A DNA stretch of 64,000 nt, from the NCBI RefSeq assembly GCF_009914755.1, contig NC_060926.1; one strand, written 5' to 3'. The notes under the pieces were generated by a model. It made no database searches and had not been told where the DNA came from. It worked only from the letters and a program-made list of their open reading frames with translations. The stretch comes from the human T2T-CHM13v2.0 reference genome, Homo sapiens. Of the stretch, positions 41,653 to 64,000 are shown in pieces (position 1 is the stretch's first letter; every line of letters starts with the position of its first letter). The position numbers and the translations under genes were made by a program.

Positions 41653-42173
41653 GAAGCTGGGAAATGTAATATTGCACTGGATAGCCAAACAAAATATCTT
41701 TACTATCTAAAAATCAGATAATGGGTTTTCGAGCAAAACTGTTAGTTTCTGCCACAATGAGGAAGCTGGGATTTGAAAACTGGACATGAAGTAATGGGTG
41801 TAATTAATTCCTGAGCCTCAGTTACATGATTTGCAAAATGGCTGATGATATTTGCCTTGCTTTTTCCTTCACTTACGGAGTAGTTGTAAGGCTTAGATAG
41901 GATAGTGTATTGTAAGAACTTTGTGCGTTATCATCCTCCAAACAAATTATAAGGCATGATAATTAAGTTGGGGAGGTGGGTAGGGTCCCATAGTAAGGAT
42001 GGCATGGCAAAGGAGGCAAATCCATTTACATGTAGAATACGGAAGATGAGAATTCCTAAGAATAGAAGGTGGTGGTGTAAGTCAGACTACCTCCAATTGC
42101 AGCTTGAATAGTTTTACAAAAAGTAAATTTGACACTCTATGCGTGTTTAATTGTTATGTTTCTTAATTTTTAG

Positions 42174-42382
42174 GAATCAGTGCACTCCACTGTTACTTGC
42201 TGCCACTTCAGGAGCACTGGACACTATTCAATACCTGTTTTCTATCGGTGCTAACTGGAGAAAAACAGATATTAAAGGAAATAATATAATCCATTTATCA
42301 GTGTTAACCTTTCATACAGAGGTTCTCAAATATATAATAAAATTAAATATTCCTGAACTCCCAGTGTGGAAAACTTTGGTAG
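42174..42382 (+). CDS. ANKAR: ANKAR coding exon 8, ankyrin repeats (CTPLLLAA; GNNIIHLS)
   Basis: tttttag acceptor, AG|gtgagt donor, phase 2-1. Confidence 0.95.
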
Positions 42383-43433
42383 GTGAGTATAATCTCTTTA
42401 TAAATACATGTTCTGATTATTATTCAGTTTAGTTATTGATACTCTGAAAGAGAGAAAATAAAATAATACATGCATTATATTTTAAATATTTAAAAATCAT
42501 GAAATAAACATTTTATTAAGACCAGAAATAAAAATATGAATAATAAAGAGCTGCATTTTTGTGTGTGCAAACATAGTTTTATTTCCATGTTAAAATCAAA
42601 GATCTGTGACCCAGACTATATTTTACACAATTATATTTATTTTTATTTTCCAACTTTCTCCAGAAGTTCAAACATCCTCTCCTTCATCAAAAAAAAAAAA
42701 AAAAAAAAAAAAGGAAAGAGGAAATTTTAAGTGAAAAATATTCCCTCCAACTTATTCCTTGCCTCCTAATTTTAGAGACAAATTTAGCAAAATCTTTTGT
42801 TATATTTTGATGAATGTTTTGTGAAGAATTCTGCTGGAGTTTTTATTTTCTTTCTTTTTTTTTTTTTTCAAATTTGCATTCAGTCTAGCCAAAATAAGGG
42901 TAAGGGTCACTAGGCCAATTATATGGACATGTCTAATTTTACTCCCTTTCAAGGCCCTCACTAAAATTACATGGAGATTAAACATTATTAATACCACCAG
43001 CAGAAGACAAGCATTCAAGGGAAAACAAGAAAGGATACAACAGCAATAAACTATTGGAAGATGGAAACAGATAGGCAAGACTTAGGACTTAGCCAGCCAG
43101 AGAAAATCATTCCAAGCCAACAGTGGGAAAGCTGAGAACCCCTTGGACTCATACCATAAATCCTCAAAAGGCTTGAGAACTGACAGTGCCCGTTAGGAGT
43201 GCTCTCCTCAAAGCCTAACTAGGAAAGACCTAAAGATGCCAAGGCTACAATTCTCCTTAAGAAATAGAAAGGAGAGGGACCCGGGAAACTGGGAGCCTTA
43301 CCCAAGCGTAAAGCATAGGGAATTTCAAGGAAGACAGCAAGGGGAAGTTCCAGAATGGAACTGTGCATCCAGTCTAGAGGAAAAAAATGGGAGGAATTAT
43401 CAGTAGGTACAAGGAAAACTAAGCAGATGAAAT

Positions 43434-44082
43434 ACAGCAGTCTTCCCTTCTCAGCAGTTTATCTTTCTGTGGTTTTGGTTACCTGCAGTACAGTACAAAA
43501 AGATATTTTGAGAGAGAGGCATAGAGCACATTCACATAACTTCTATTATTATATATTGTTGTAATCTATTATTAGTTATTGTTAAGCTATTACTATGCCT
43601 ACAGACTTTATTATAGATATGTATGTTCAGACAGTCTGGTTTGACTTAAGGTTTTTGATTTTACAATTGTGCAAAAGTGATACACATTCGGAAGAAACTG
43701 TACTTACAGTCCTCATACAACCATTTCTGTTTTTCACTTTTAGTACAGTATTCAATAAATTACATGAGTTATTAAACACTCTATTATAAAATGGGCTTTG
43801 TGTTAGATCATTTTGCCAAACTGTGGGCTAATGTAGTTATTCCAAGCACATTTAAGTTAAGCTAGGCTAAGCTATGCTGTTTGGCAGATTAGGTTTACAA
43901 ATGCATTTTCAATTTACAATATTTCAACTTACAATGGGTTTATCAGGAAATAACCAAATTGTAAGTTGAGAAGCATCTGTCTAGGAAAAAAAATAGTATA
44001 TACAGGGTTCAGTACTATCCTCCGTTTCAGGCATCCACTGGGGGTTTTGGAATGTATCCTCTGCAGATAAGGGGAGACTATT
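43434..44082. mobile_element. Tigger-derived DNA transposon (MER44-like) with a nested MER47-like element at about 43630-43980
   Basis: Degenerate inverted termini cagcagtcttcccttctcagcag ... ctgcagataaggggagactattg. Confidence 0.55.
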
Positions 44083-44102
44083 GTAAAATAAGGAAATTAT
44101 TA

Positions 44103-44362
44103 GGCCAAGGCGGGCAGATCACGAGGTCAAGAGATAGAGACCATCCTGGCCAACATGGTGAAAACCTGTCTCTACTAAAAATACAAAAATCAGCTGGGCG
44201 TGGTGGCACGTGCCTGTAGTCCTAGCTCCTCGGGAGGCTGAGGCAGGAGAATCACTTGAACCTGGGAGGCAAAGTTGCAGTGAACCGAGATCGTGCCACT
44301 ACAGTCCATCCTGTGACAGAGCGAGACTTCGTCTCAAAATAAATAAATAAATAAATAAATAA
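44103..44362 (+). mobile_element. Alu with (AAAT)n tail
   Basis: Alu consensus. Confidence 0.9.
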
Positions 44363-45752
44363 GGAAATTACCTGTTTAAAAAAAAAGAGACACGACCATA
44401 GTACATTACAGTGCTCAGCTGTGAATAATAATTGTATAGACATCATCATGTATTTAACTAAAAGCTATAAATATGGAGAAAGGGAAGTAAGAGGAAAGAG
44501 CAACGTTGAAAGAGTTAATTTCCCATTTTTCATAACATGAAGTCAATGAAGTCTAAATCAATGTAGCAAAACACAGCAGTGTATATAAATATGTAGAAAT
44601 AAGGAGATTTATAAATCATAGAAGGTTATAGGGAAGAGTCCAAACCGATTGTATATGGAGTGATGAACACAGAAAAGTGGGGAGGGTGGGGCCCAGGAAC
44701 CACTAGGTTTTGTTATAGGCCATTTAATAACATTTAACTCTGAATCATGCACATGCATTACTTTGATAAAAATAAAAAACTAAAGCCAAAAAAGAGAAAT
44801 GAATTGGAGAATGAGAATGATTTTTTTCCAACAACTCATTTTAGGATGGGATAAAATATGTTTAAGATTTTCAACCCCATTCTACTGATTCAAGAAGTCT
44901 GGCTCAATACCTGACGTTGGAATTTACTAGGTACTGGGAACATATCCCAGATACTGGATATGAGCCCCAAGAGATATTGGAAAGTGTTTTCAGTGTTTAT
45001 TTGCATGCATTTGTATCATTTCGTTGTCTTGTTAGGAGGAAGTGAGAGGACCATCCTGTTACTTTTACTAAACTAAATCATTGTAAAAACCTACCTTAAT
45101 AGTAGGAAGCTCTGCCCCCTAACAGGAATGGCCTAAAAGCGCATAAAAATTCACCAGGGCTGCTGCTTCCTACAGCCATTGTGGGGGAAGTCCTGACAAT
45201 GACACAAACAGAACAAACAACAGTGAGCATCTGGCTACTGCTGTTTTGCCTTGGGCCCTGCAATAGCTCTCCCTCCTCACACTGCCCATTTCCACTACGC
45301 ATAAAAGAAAAATCAGTTTATTAGAGGTCTCAGGATTAGTTCTTGGAGTAGAAGCTGAATTTTAAAAGAGGATGTCACGGAATGATATAGCCAAGCTAGA
45401 TTCAGGACAGATTTGGTAATAGAGTGGCTGGCTAAAGAGATGAGGAAAAGATAGTCTGTGTGTTTTTTCCTGTGTGTATATTTGTAATATCCTCTGTCTG
45501 TAGTACAAGTTCATCCAAGATTTTATTTAAAGTACTTTTTTATACTCGGGAAATGTATAAAGCCTCATACCTAATTTAATGGATATGAAATTTTTATTGA
45601 CAATACTGTGGATTACTTTGCTATTCTTGAAAACCCACATTCAAATTTTATTTAACAATTAATTTTAGCCGAGGGAGTTGTATTATTTTCCAACGGAATT
45701 TGAAGTATGTGACCAGCCAATCTAAGTCATTCAGACCAAAGATTAAAAATTT

Positions 45753-46061
<309 letters not shown>

Positions 46062-46284
46062 TCACTAATTATATAGACTATAAACCTCAAAGATCACGGG
46101 CTGATGGAATTTGTCAGTACTTCATAGGGAGCTGTGCACAGAGGGGAATTTAATGCATGCAGTTGGTGGTAATAGTGGTGACCTCAACTGTTGGTTTTAT
46201 TTAGCTGGTACAAAAAACAGAATCAAGCATTTCATTGCCTTTTGTGCAAATTACAGCTGTGTTTTTCTGTTGAACACTTAACAG

Positions 46285-46389
46285 AAATGTTACAGTGTGA
46301 AAGCTATAAACGAAGGATGATGGCCGTCATGTCCTTGGAAGTAATTTGCTTAGCAAATGATCAATACTGGAGATGTATTTTGGATGCAG
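46285..46389 (+). CDS. ANKAR: ANKAR coding exon 9 (EMLQCESYKRRMMAV...ILDA)
   Basis: aacag acceptor, CAG|gtgatg donor, phase 1-1. Confidence 0.9.
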
Positions 46390-46855
46390 GTGATGCAAAC
46401 TCTATTAATAACTTTTTATGCTATTTTATGTAGAGCTATATTTTATTCATCAGTCATTTTTAAATATATTTTTAATTGTAAAGGAAAAATTTTAGTTGAT
46501 TTTCAGTTTCTTTTGCTAAGATCACTTCATTTACCTGTCAACCATATATTTTATTTTCCACATGGAAGCTGCACAGGATCAAAAAACTGTATCAATTCTA
46601 TTTGTCTAAAAGCTCGAAAAATTAAAAAATAATGTTAAGTGTTAATTTAAATGTTAAATTACTTTACCACACTACTTTTATACTTACTTTCATTTAGAAA
46701 TTATTCCTATTCTGTAATTTGCACAATTTACTTTTGAAATTAAAAATAGCAGATTTAGTGTCAGGTCTGGTTTGTAACTACCTCTGCATTTAGAACTTAA
46801 GAAAATTGCTTAACCTCTCTTAGTTTACTTTACTCACTAATAAAATGGCTCTACT

Positions 46856-53334
<6,479 letters not shown>

Positions 53335-53535
53335 AATAAAATAGTTCTACCCCATAGGATTGTTTTGAGAATAGCACTGTCCAGAATAACTTTCTGAAAT
53401 GATGAAAATGTTCAGTTGGGCATGGTGGCCCATGCCTGTAATGCCAGCACTTTGGGAGGCCAAGGCAGGAGGATAGCTTGAGCCCAGGAGTTTGAGACCA
53501 GTCTGGGCAGCATAGTGAGACCCTGTCTTTGTCTT

Positions 53536-53631
53536 TATCTATATCTATCTATATCTATATCTATCTGTCTGTCTATCTGTCTGTCTATCTATCTACACAC
53601 AGACACACACGCACACACACACACACACACA
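53536..53631. repeat. Compound (TATC/TGTC)n-(CA)n microsatellite at the tail of an Alu monomer
   Basis: Seen directly. Confidence 0.9.
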
Positions 53632-53982
53632 AAGAAAATGTTCTATTTGAAAATGTCCAATATGGTAGCCACTACCCTAATGTGGTTATTGAACTCACGT
53701 GAGATGCTCCAGAAATATTAAATGAATAAATTAAAATTTGATTGATCATAGATAGTCCCCTGATATGTTCCTGAAAACCTGTACAAAAAGCTCTGTATCC
53801 AAAAGGTGAACTTAAAGAAGTCATGAGGGATGTTTCATTTCAGATAGCTAAATAAATAAGGTCTTTATTATATCTATTATATTTTCTGTCATTTTGTGCA
53901 TGTCCTATAAGGTGCTTTCTATTTATCATTAAATTGATGTAAGTATAACAGGCATCCACCTGAAGCCAGATTTTCTATTTTC

Positions 53983-54287
<305 letters not shown>

Positions 54288-54810
54288 TATTTTCACTATG
54301 GCTAATTTCTATCTTTGAGCCTATTGTAATTAATGAGACTAATGTTGCATTTTACTAGATTCAGCACTTTTTGTTTTTCACATCCTGGTATAAAATAAGG
54401 ATAAAATATAATAAAATACTCAAATAATTGCATAAGCAGTGCCATGCGAAGTTGATGCAATAACCAAAATTGACCTGTACCATATGGTAGCACAAAGAAT
54501 TTATTTATCAATAATCTGAAGCCAGAATTCAGTGTTTCAATGGTGGCTTAAGGTTACTAATATAAAATGTTTGATCATGCTCTGTGAAAATCAAATGTAT
54601 GAACAATGAGAGCTGCCCATACCAAAGACAAGATGGAAGGTTTCTTCATGTAGTTTCAAATGATAATTTTATAAATATTTTATAGAATTATTTCATAATT
54701 ATTTATATTGCAATGCCCATAAATATTATTTAAATATTGCCATGATAAATTGACTACAAATGGTTACCAATAATTCATGCTTTTTAATTTTTTTGCTCTT
54801 GTCATTACAG

Positions 54811-55052
54811 GCACCATTCCTGCCTTAATCAATCTATTAAAAAGTTCCAAAATAAAACTGCAGTGCAAAACTGTTGGGTTATTGAGTAATATCTCAACCC
54901 ACAAAAGTGCAGTGCATGCTTTGGTAGAAGCGGGAGGCATTCCATCTCTAATCAACCTACTGGTTTGTGATGAGCCTGAAGTACACTCTCGCTGTGCTGT
55001 CATTCTATATGATATTGCTCAATGTGAAAACAAGGATGTTATTGCCAAATAT
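54811..55052 (+). CDS. ANKAR: ANKAR coding exon 10, armadillo repeats (GTIPALINLL; GGIPSLINLL)
   Basis: ttacag acceptor, AT|gtaagt donor, ARM GxIPxLxxLL motif, phase 1-0. Confidence 0.95.
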
Positions 55053-55415
55053 GTAAGTTCCTTTCATATACAATTATTTTTGACTGACAATAACTCCCTC
55101 ATATAGAAGTTACAAAAATAGAAACCCACGTTACTATTCAGTGACAAAACTCTCAGGGAAGAATACAGCAGGGAAAAGGGAGAGAGGGTGCCTGATGAAA
55201 ACTCCACCGAAAAGTTGGCATTTGAGTACGGTCCAGAAGTAGATGAGGGAGTATTTTCATAAGTTAGTGTATGTTGATTGCTTCTTGCTGTTTACCAATT
55301 ACAGTGCAGTGTCTACAATGGCAAATATTTCCTAATGGGGCAATATATTCAATTAATCTCATTTGCTTCACTTAGATAGCTATATTAACTGTCACATAAT
55401 GTATCTTATCAGTAG

Positions 55416-55785
<370 letters not shown>

Positions 55786-55857
55786 ACTTGTATTTCTAAA
55801 TAAAGATTACATTTATCTTAAACAAATTCAAATGTAATTTTTTTTGTTTATTTTTAG

Positions 55858-56026
55858 AATGGAATCCCAAGCCTGATAAATCTATTGAACTTAAACATAG
55901 AAAATGTGCTAGTAAATGTAATGAACTGTATACGGGTATTGTGTATAGGAAATGAAAACAATCAAAGAGCTGTGAGAGAACATAAAGGCCTCCCATATCT
56001 TATCAGATTTCTGAGTTCTGATTCAG
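55858..56026 (+). CDS. ANKAR: ANKAR coding exon 11, armadillo repeats (NGIPSLINLL; KGLPYLIRFL)
   Basis: tttttag acceptor, CAG|gtgagc donor, phase 0-1. Confidence 0.94.
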
Positions 56027-56220
56027 GTGAGCTTCTATCTCTGTATTATTTTATAATGACCAGATATATTAAGTGAAGCAAACATGGGATTGGACTTGTC
56101 CTATATGAATAGATGTCCCGAATCTGTGTTTGAATAGATCTAAACGTGTAATATAACCTTAATATCCAAAACACAATTTATTTATTTTTCCTAACTGCTA
56201 AACTATGTAGATACAGTTAA

Positions 56221-56523
<303 letters not shown>

Positions 56524-57301
56524 AGATAATGATTAAATTTAAACTGCTGGGCTTATAAAAATAATTGACTCTCAAAGGCATATTCTTTAAAAAAGTTTAA
56601 TTAGACATGTTTATCAATGGAAATATTGGCATGGATGATTTTAAAAATACATATAATATGCCTAGGAGAGTATATGCTACCTTGGGTGAATAGTACATAT
56701 TGATAGTAACATATTGATCATGGGTAGCTATTTTGCAAGTGACAACAAGGGCTTCAGATTTGTTAGATATTTGACGTCAAAATTCAAGGTTATCAGGAAG
56801 CATTAGGCCAATTATCAGTTCCTAAAGTGCGTCTCAGTACCAAGAACATCAAAAGCCATGAGGCAGTTTCAGCAGCTACTGCAAATGGTCTCCTGGGTTC
56901 TGTAAGAATAATTTCATTCCAGTTAGCACATTTAACAGGTAAGTTCCAAATATACGGTTTTCCCCAAATTTGGGGGAAGAGAAAATTGAGAAGAACTTGC
57001 TCATTTTCTTCCTGCTCAGTATATCATTTGGCTTCCTCTTCCAGTTCACCAGGAATAAATACAAAATAAATATATTGGTTAAATGTAAGTCGAGATTAAG
57101 AATAAGGGGAATGTAGAAGCGATCTTTCCTTTACTTTAAAACTTCAAATTTAAGCAAGTGTCACTTTCTAAGAACCTCTATCGTGTGGTGACATCATTTG
57201 AAAGCCCTCTTCCTTCATAACAAATTCCTTATGCTCTCTCTGTTCAAGTGTTCTTCCATCGCTTACTATGCTCTACTTTATCCTTTAAGAATAGCATCAG
57301 A

Positions 57302-57619
<318 letters not shown>

Positions 57620-57845
57620 TCAGCTTTTATGTATATTTTAAACATATAATTTTTACTCATTTATAGTCATTCTTTATCTCTTTTTTTGTTTGTGTTTTAT
57701 CTAACTAATTAAAATTTAAAGATAGGGACTAGGTCTTCTCTTTCTGTTTTCCTTTTCTCAATCCCAGATGCTGTAACAAAGTACAAATTGTAGCAACAAT
57801 TTGAATAAATAAATAATAAATGAGTTCATGAAAGAAAACTATAGC

Positions 57846-58145
<300 letters not shown>

Positions 58146-60449
58146 AACTATAGTATGAAATCAATTATTGAAATAAAAGTATTTTTTCCTACACCATAAT
58201 CTACATTATCTCCTCACTCCAAGGAAGATAACTTAATTTTGAAATAAATTTTAATTATTTTTTCCTTTTAGGTAAGCCTCCCTATATAACTTTAGTGCTT
58301 TAGCAAATAGTCCTCTTGGATGTTAGCTGGGTTGTTAAGGTATAGGAGATCACAAAGGCATATTATTAATTCCAGTGTCTTCTTTACCATGTGAGCTACT
58401 CTAAGATTTCATGTATTAAAATGGCCCCAAAGTAGATTCACATACAGTTTCTTGAAAAGATGGATTTGTTAACATCTCCTTGGTCTGAGTCTCTATGTCC
58501 AGAGCAAGGCTACCCTTGCTAAGTTTGGTTTGTTTTAGGCCTTTCCTTCACCCATTTAGCTGCTTGTATGCACATTCTTATATACATATATTCATGTATG
58601 CATGCTTTCATTCCTACAATGCTTCTGATTTCATATGGTACCCTACTTTCCTGTTCTGTGTTAATAACAAAAGTTTATATGACACCACCACAGAAACTCA
58701 AATATGTAACAAAAGCATACAAAATGCTTTTTCAGTTTCAAACTGAGAAAAACTTAAAAGATCACCTCATTTTTTTTCTTGGAATGATTATTCACATATT
58801 TCTGCAGAAATTGATTTTCTCCAGACCCTTTGTGATGTTATACAATATGTAGTATTATGTACTCCTTACATTCTAAAATCTGAAAACTTTGGAATTATGA
58901 CCCCAAAAGTTGTAAAGTCTGCCTTCACCATTAGTCCTCCTTTAGCCAACTCTTAAAAGTTGGAGTTCCTTAAGCTTCCATTCTTGTCATACTGCTGCTT
59001 TCATCCAGCATACTCTTCTTTACCTCTTATTCACTCCAAAGGAACTCTACTAGGTTTACAATCTATTCTTCCCAGTTCTTTATCCACATCCCTGACGTCT
59101 TCCCTGAGCTTTAGAGCTACTTTGGATTACTGAATAGCTTAGTAAAGACACTTCCATTCCTTTCAGAATTTGGGTCCAAATGAGAAATAGACAGGAATCA
59201 AATAAAGATCAAAACTTCAGCATTATTGTTGGAAAGCTTGCTTTGAGAAAACAACAAAAAGTGCCAAAAAGAACGTAAACCATGCATTTGCAATGACTCA
59301 TTCTTCAAATTAAAAAATTATGTAACTCACTATTCTTCTCATGGGGAAGAATGAGTAAGGGGTAAATTTTTATTCTTAACATTTCTGAGTTGGCCATGGG
59401 TAGAGGAATTTCTACTTTTTGTACTGATTCAGGAATAGTGGGTAAGGGAAAGAATGGTTTCCCCCACACTCTCTTAATTTTATTAATCTTTCAGGGTTAA
59501 CATTCCAAGTGTTACTTGAGTGATCTAACTAAAATGTAAAGTTGATCATATCTTCTTCTTTAAATTATTCAGTGACTCTCTATCACCTAGGATATGATCC
59601 ATGTTTCCAGCATGGCCTATAGCCCTTTTTACTTCCCTACTTCAAGAGGAAATGACCTTCCTGTCACTCCCTTTTTCTCTGATATTACTCTCAAGTAATA
59701 TTGAACTTATTGCTTTGTTCTTTACTCTGGCCTTTCCTTTTGTTCGACAAGGTCAAGGACCTTGTTTTGTTGGTTCACCTTTATTTCCCTAGTGCCTGGG
59801 ACAGTGTCTAGCACATAGCTATTCAATAAATATGCATTAAATAAATGATTAGATGATTAAATGAATAACATACTCATAACAATAAAAATAGTTAATATTT
59901 TTGACATAAATTGATATAAAGTGGGTATAGAAGTTGGTATGAACAATAAGGCCTTAATAGAGAGATAATTAACCTTGATAGTATATGAAAAAACAAATGC
60001 TGGATTATAGAGCATCTAAAGGATATAGTTAGCTACATGAATGCACAAACACTTTTCTATTTAGTTTTGCTTTTGGAAATATATTGATATTCTACATAAT
60101 AAAAAAATTAAATCTACAAGGCTGGGGGAAATGAAAACTGAAATAAATTGTATAACTAGATTTAAAAAGAAAAGAAAAAATGAATACAAATAATTTTAAA
60201 CACAGTGCATTATATACCATCTTTCTAAGGGTAAACACAAAACAAACTACACACAGATTTTGAGTTCTTTTTAGTGAGCTTGTATGTCATAATGATATGG
60301 GTAGAACAATTCTGAACCCATATGATAAGTACCATAGGACTAAAGAAATGAATAAATGTGTTGATATTATTGGGTTCTTACTGTGCAAAGAAATGTGCAG
60401 AATGTAGGAAAACAATAAACCCTGTGGGGTTGGATTGGAACTGGAAATG

Positions 60450-60520
60450 TATGTGTGTATGTATGAGTGTGTGTGTATACACATACATATATATGTATAC
60501 ATATTTTATATATATGGATT

Positions 60521-60560
<40 letters not shown>
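60450..60560. repeat. (TG)n/(TA)n/(CA)n compound microsatellite
   Basis: Seen directly. Confidence 0.9.
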
Positions 60561-60561
<1 letters not shown>

Positions 60562-60829
60562 GATCCAGAAGCAATGATATTCCAGTAGCAATGAGCATAC
60601 CGAGCACCCAAATCTTGGTTTCTAAATATCATCCCTCATTAAAAGGAACCAGAGCTTCTTGGAGAAATAGTTGATTCTGGGGCAGGGGCAGAGAAGGTAT
60701 ATGGTGAGTCAGGAACATCATCATATGGTGACAGAAAGTAATAAAATCCTTTTTTTTACTATCTATATCTATAGGCATATCTATAGGACACAAGGACAAC
60801 CTGAAGGGGCTCCCACTGGCCAAATCTTA

Positions 60830-61204
<375 letters not shown>

Positions 61205-63093
61205 TCATCCTGATAACAACTGGATAAACAAGGAAACAAATAAATAGAGAATAAGGTAGGGCTCTTCCTTATAGCAGAATGTCAATTGACAAATGTGAAG
61301 GGGTGGTAGATTTGGAAAATTAGTATTTTGCAAACAGCATAGTAAAGATTGGTTCAGGCAAAAATTATAAATGGTTGCTAAATCTTGGGGGCAAATTTTG
61401 ATATTTACATGGTCTTAAAGTGTTTTGCTCCTTATTAGTTGCAAGAGGAAAAATAGCAACTATACAGTAGAGAAACTGGGTGATCAAAATTAACATCACC
61501 AATGAGGAATAGATGGACATTATATAACTCCACAGAGGATATCCCCAGAACCTAATGTCACTTTTTTTTTGAAATGAGGTTGCTATGTTGCCCGGGCTGA
61601 TCTTGAACCCCTGGGCTCAAGCAGTCCTCCCACCTTAGCCTACTGCATAGCTGGGATTACAGGCATGCACCACTGCACCCAAGCCATAATGTCACTTTAA
61701 AAATATTCTGGATGGAGGTGCATATCTTGAGTCATGAGGAAACAGCAAACAAACCCAAACTGAGGAAAATTCTCTAAACTAAATGACCCATATTCATTAA
61801 AAATGTCTATGTCATAAGAGACCAAAAAACCCCTGAGAAAAGGTTCCAGATAATAGAACACTAAAGAGACATAACTAAGTGCAATACATGGTCCTGGTCT
61901 GGATCCTGTACTGGAAGAAAGTAAATGTGATAAAGGACATTACTAGGAAAATCAACACAATATGATTAAAGTATTGCATCTACTAATTGCCTTGTAGTTA
62001 CATAAAAGGATAGGCTTGTTTTTAGTAAATACACACTAGACTATTAAAGAGATAAAAGGCCACGATGTATGCACGCAACATACCCTCAAATTTAGAAAAG
62101 TAAATTATATAGATAAATGGATAGAAAAACCAATATGGCAATATATTAAAAATTTATAAATCCAGGTAAAGGTATACAGGAATTCTCTGACTTATTCTTA
62201 CAACTTTTCTATAAGTTAAAAAAATGCAACTTGTTAAAATATAGGAAAATGTTTAGACTCACTAATACCAAAAATGCAAAACAAGATGAGACAGCATTTT
62301 TTCTATCAAATTTGAGCAAAGTTGATGTATTTATTTTTAATGATAATACCCATATTGAAAAAAACACAGTGTAACTGGTTAAAAGAATATAGGAGAATGT
62401 TTAGAATCACCAGTACCAAAAATACAAAACAAAATGAGACAGCTATCAAATTAGCAAAGTTTACATATTTATTTTTAATGATAATACTCATACTCAAACA
62501 CAGTAACATTGATACTTTTGAACTCTGATTATGGAAGGCTAAGATGCTATTATCATTTTTGATAAGCAGTTTACTCAGATGTACTGAGTTATTCTGGTAA
62601 TTCCTCTACAAAATCACAAAAATTAGCCGGGTGTGGTGGTGCACACCTGTAGTCCCAGCTACTCAGGAGGCTGAGGTGGGAGGATGGTGGAGGTTGTAGT
62701 GAGCTGAGATCACACACACCACTGCACTCCAGCCTGGGTGATAGAGCCAAACCTTGTCTCAAAAAAAAAAAAAAAAAAAAAAAAGGGTGGTGGGGAGGGA
62801 ATGTTTTAATTGTAAGTAAAAATGCAGGCTGTTGTTTTAAAATACAACTATATCAAATACATCTATAACTATCTAAATCTATCTTCATAAGAAATAGTAC
62901 ATGAGATTATGCCAAATGTTTGATTGTGTTTAGGTGGTAAATCTAGCCAGTTTTGTTTATTTCTATTTTTCTTTATTTTCTCTAAGCTTTTTATAAATTT
63001 GATTTTATAATATGGGAAACTAATGATATGCTGCACTTTGATATTCTTATTTTTCATAAGGTTTATTTAACTTGTTCTTAAATTCATTTGAAG

Positions 63094-63335
63094 ATGTGTT
63101 GAAGGCTGTATCTTCTGCTGCAATTGCTGAGGTTGGGCGTGACAATAAGGAAATTCAGGATGCTATAGCTATGGAGGGAGCGATTCCTCCTCTGGTGGCT
63201 CTTTTTAAAGGGAAACAAATTAGTGTCCAAATGAAAGGTGCAATGGCTGTGGAATCACTGGCAAGTCACAACGCTCTTATACAGAAAGCATTTCTGGAAA
63301 AATCGTTAACTAAATATCTTTTAAAACTCCTAAAG
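63094..63335 (+). CDS. ANKAR: ANKAR coding exon 12, armadillo repeats (GAIPPLVALF)
   Basis: tttgaag acceptor, AAG|gtagga donor, phase 1-0. Confidence 0.93.
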
Positions 63336-63504
63336 GTAGGAATTTTATGATTACTGGTCATTTTTCTTAGATGATGTTTTCTATTTTGAATTGTTAAGTG
63401 AATAGAAAAACTAAACCAATTCTAGAATAAACATTTTATAAAATATGCATTCCTAAAATGTTCAATAAATGTTCACTGAATTAATGAAATATTTTTAAAA
63501 ATAG

Positions 63505-63658
63505 GCATTTCAAATAGATGTTAAGGAACAAGGAGCTGTTGCACTTTGGGCCTTGGCAGGACAAACACTAAAACAACAAAAATATATGGCAGAACAAATT
63601 GGATACAGCTTTATAATAAATATGCTTTTGTCACCATCAGCTAAAATGCAGTATGTTG
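63505..63658 (+). CDS. ANKAR: ANKAR coding exon 13 (AFQIDVKEQGAVALWALA...MQYV)
   Basis: aatag acceptor, G|gtaagt donor, phase 0-1. Confidence 0.92.
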
Positions 63659-63897
63659 GTAAGTTATTTTCCTTATTTTATTTTTATTTTTTAGAGACAG
63701 GATCTTGCTCTGTTGCCCAGCCTGGTGTGCAGTGGCACAATTATAGCTCACTGCAGCCTCAAACCCCTGGGCTCAAGTGATCCTCTTGCCTCAGCCTCCC
63801 AAGTAGCTGGGATTACAAGTGTGAGCCACCGTGTCCTCTGCATAATGTAGAACAGGGCACTGGAGTATCATACATGTATCTTGCTTTTCTTTATCAG

Positions 63898-64000
63898 GAG
63901 GTGAAGCTGTCATAGCTCTAAGTAAGGACAGCAGGATGCATCAAAATCAAATATGTGAAGGGAATGGAATTGCACCATTGGTTCGCTTACTAAGAATTAG
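63898..64000 (+). CDS. ANKAR: ANKAR coding exon 14, truncated by the window end (GGEAVIALSKD...NGIAPLVRLLRI)
   Basis: ttttctttatcag acceptor, ARM motif, phase 1 in. Confidence 0.92.

Overview
Human intron- and repeat-rich DNA (it carries an AluYb8-type insertion), recognisable as the ASNSD1/ASDURF-ANKAR locus. On the + strand: the last two coding exons of the uORF microprotein ASDURF, the complete 3-exon CDS of ASNSD1 (643 aa), a CpG-island promoter, and 14 frame-consistent coding exons of ANKAR (about 1044 codons, running off the window end). Introns hold many Alus, a full-length inactive L1PA, older L1/L2, LTRs and DNA transposons. The main unexpected signal is two separate, badly decayed minus-strand segments (about 7.56-8.40 kb and 16.14-19.38 kb). 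Translated by hand with frameshifts, they show colinear motifs of a Mononegavirales (bornavirus-like) L RNA-dependent RNA polymerase, so they are candidate ancient endogenous viral elements. These alignments were made by eye against a remembered Borna disease virus L sequence and need tBLASTn/HMM confirmation. Other notable items: a candidate 36-nt in-frame ANKAR cassette exon, a strong CTCF motif and a perfect 21-bp hairpin. Repeat boundaries and subfamily calls are approximate.
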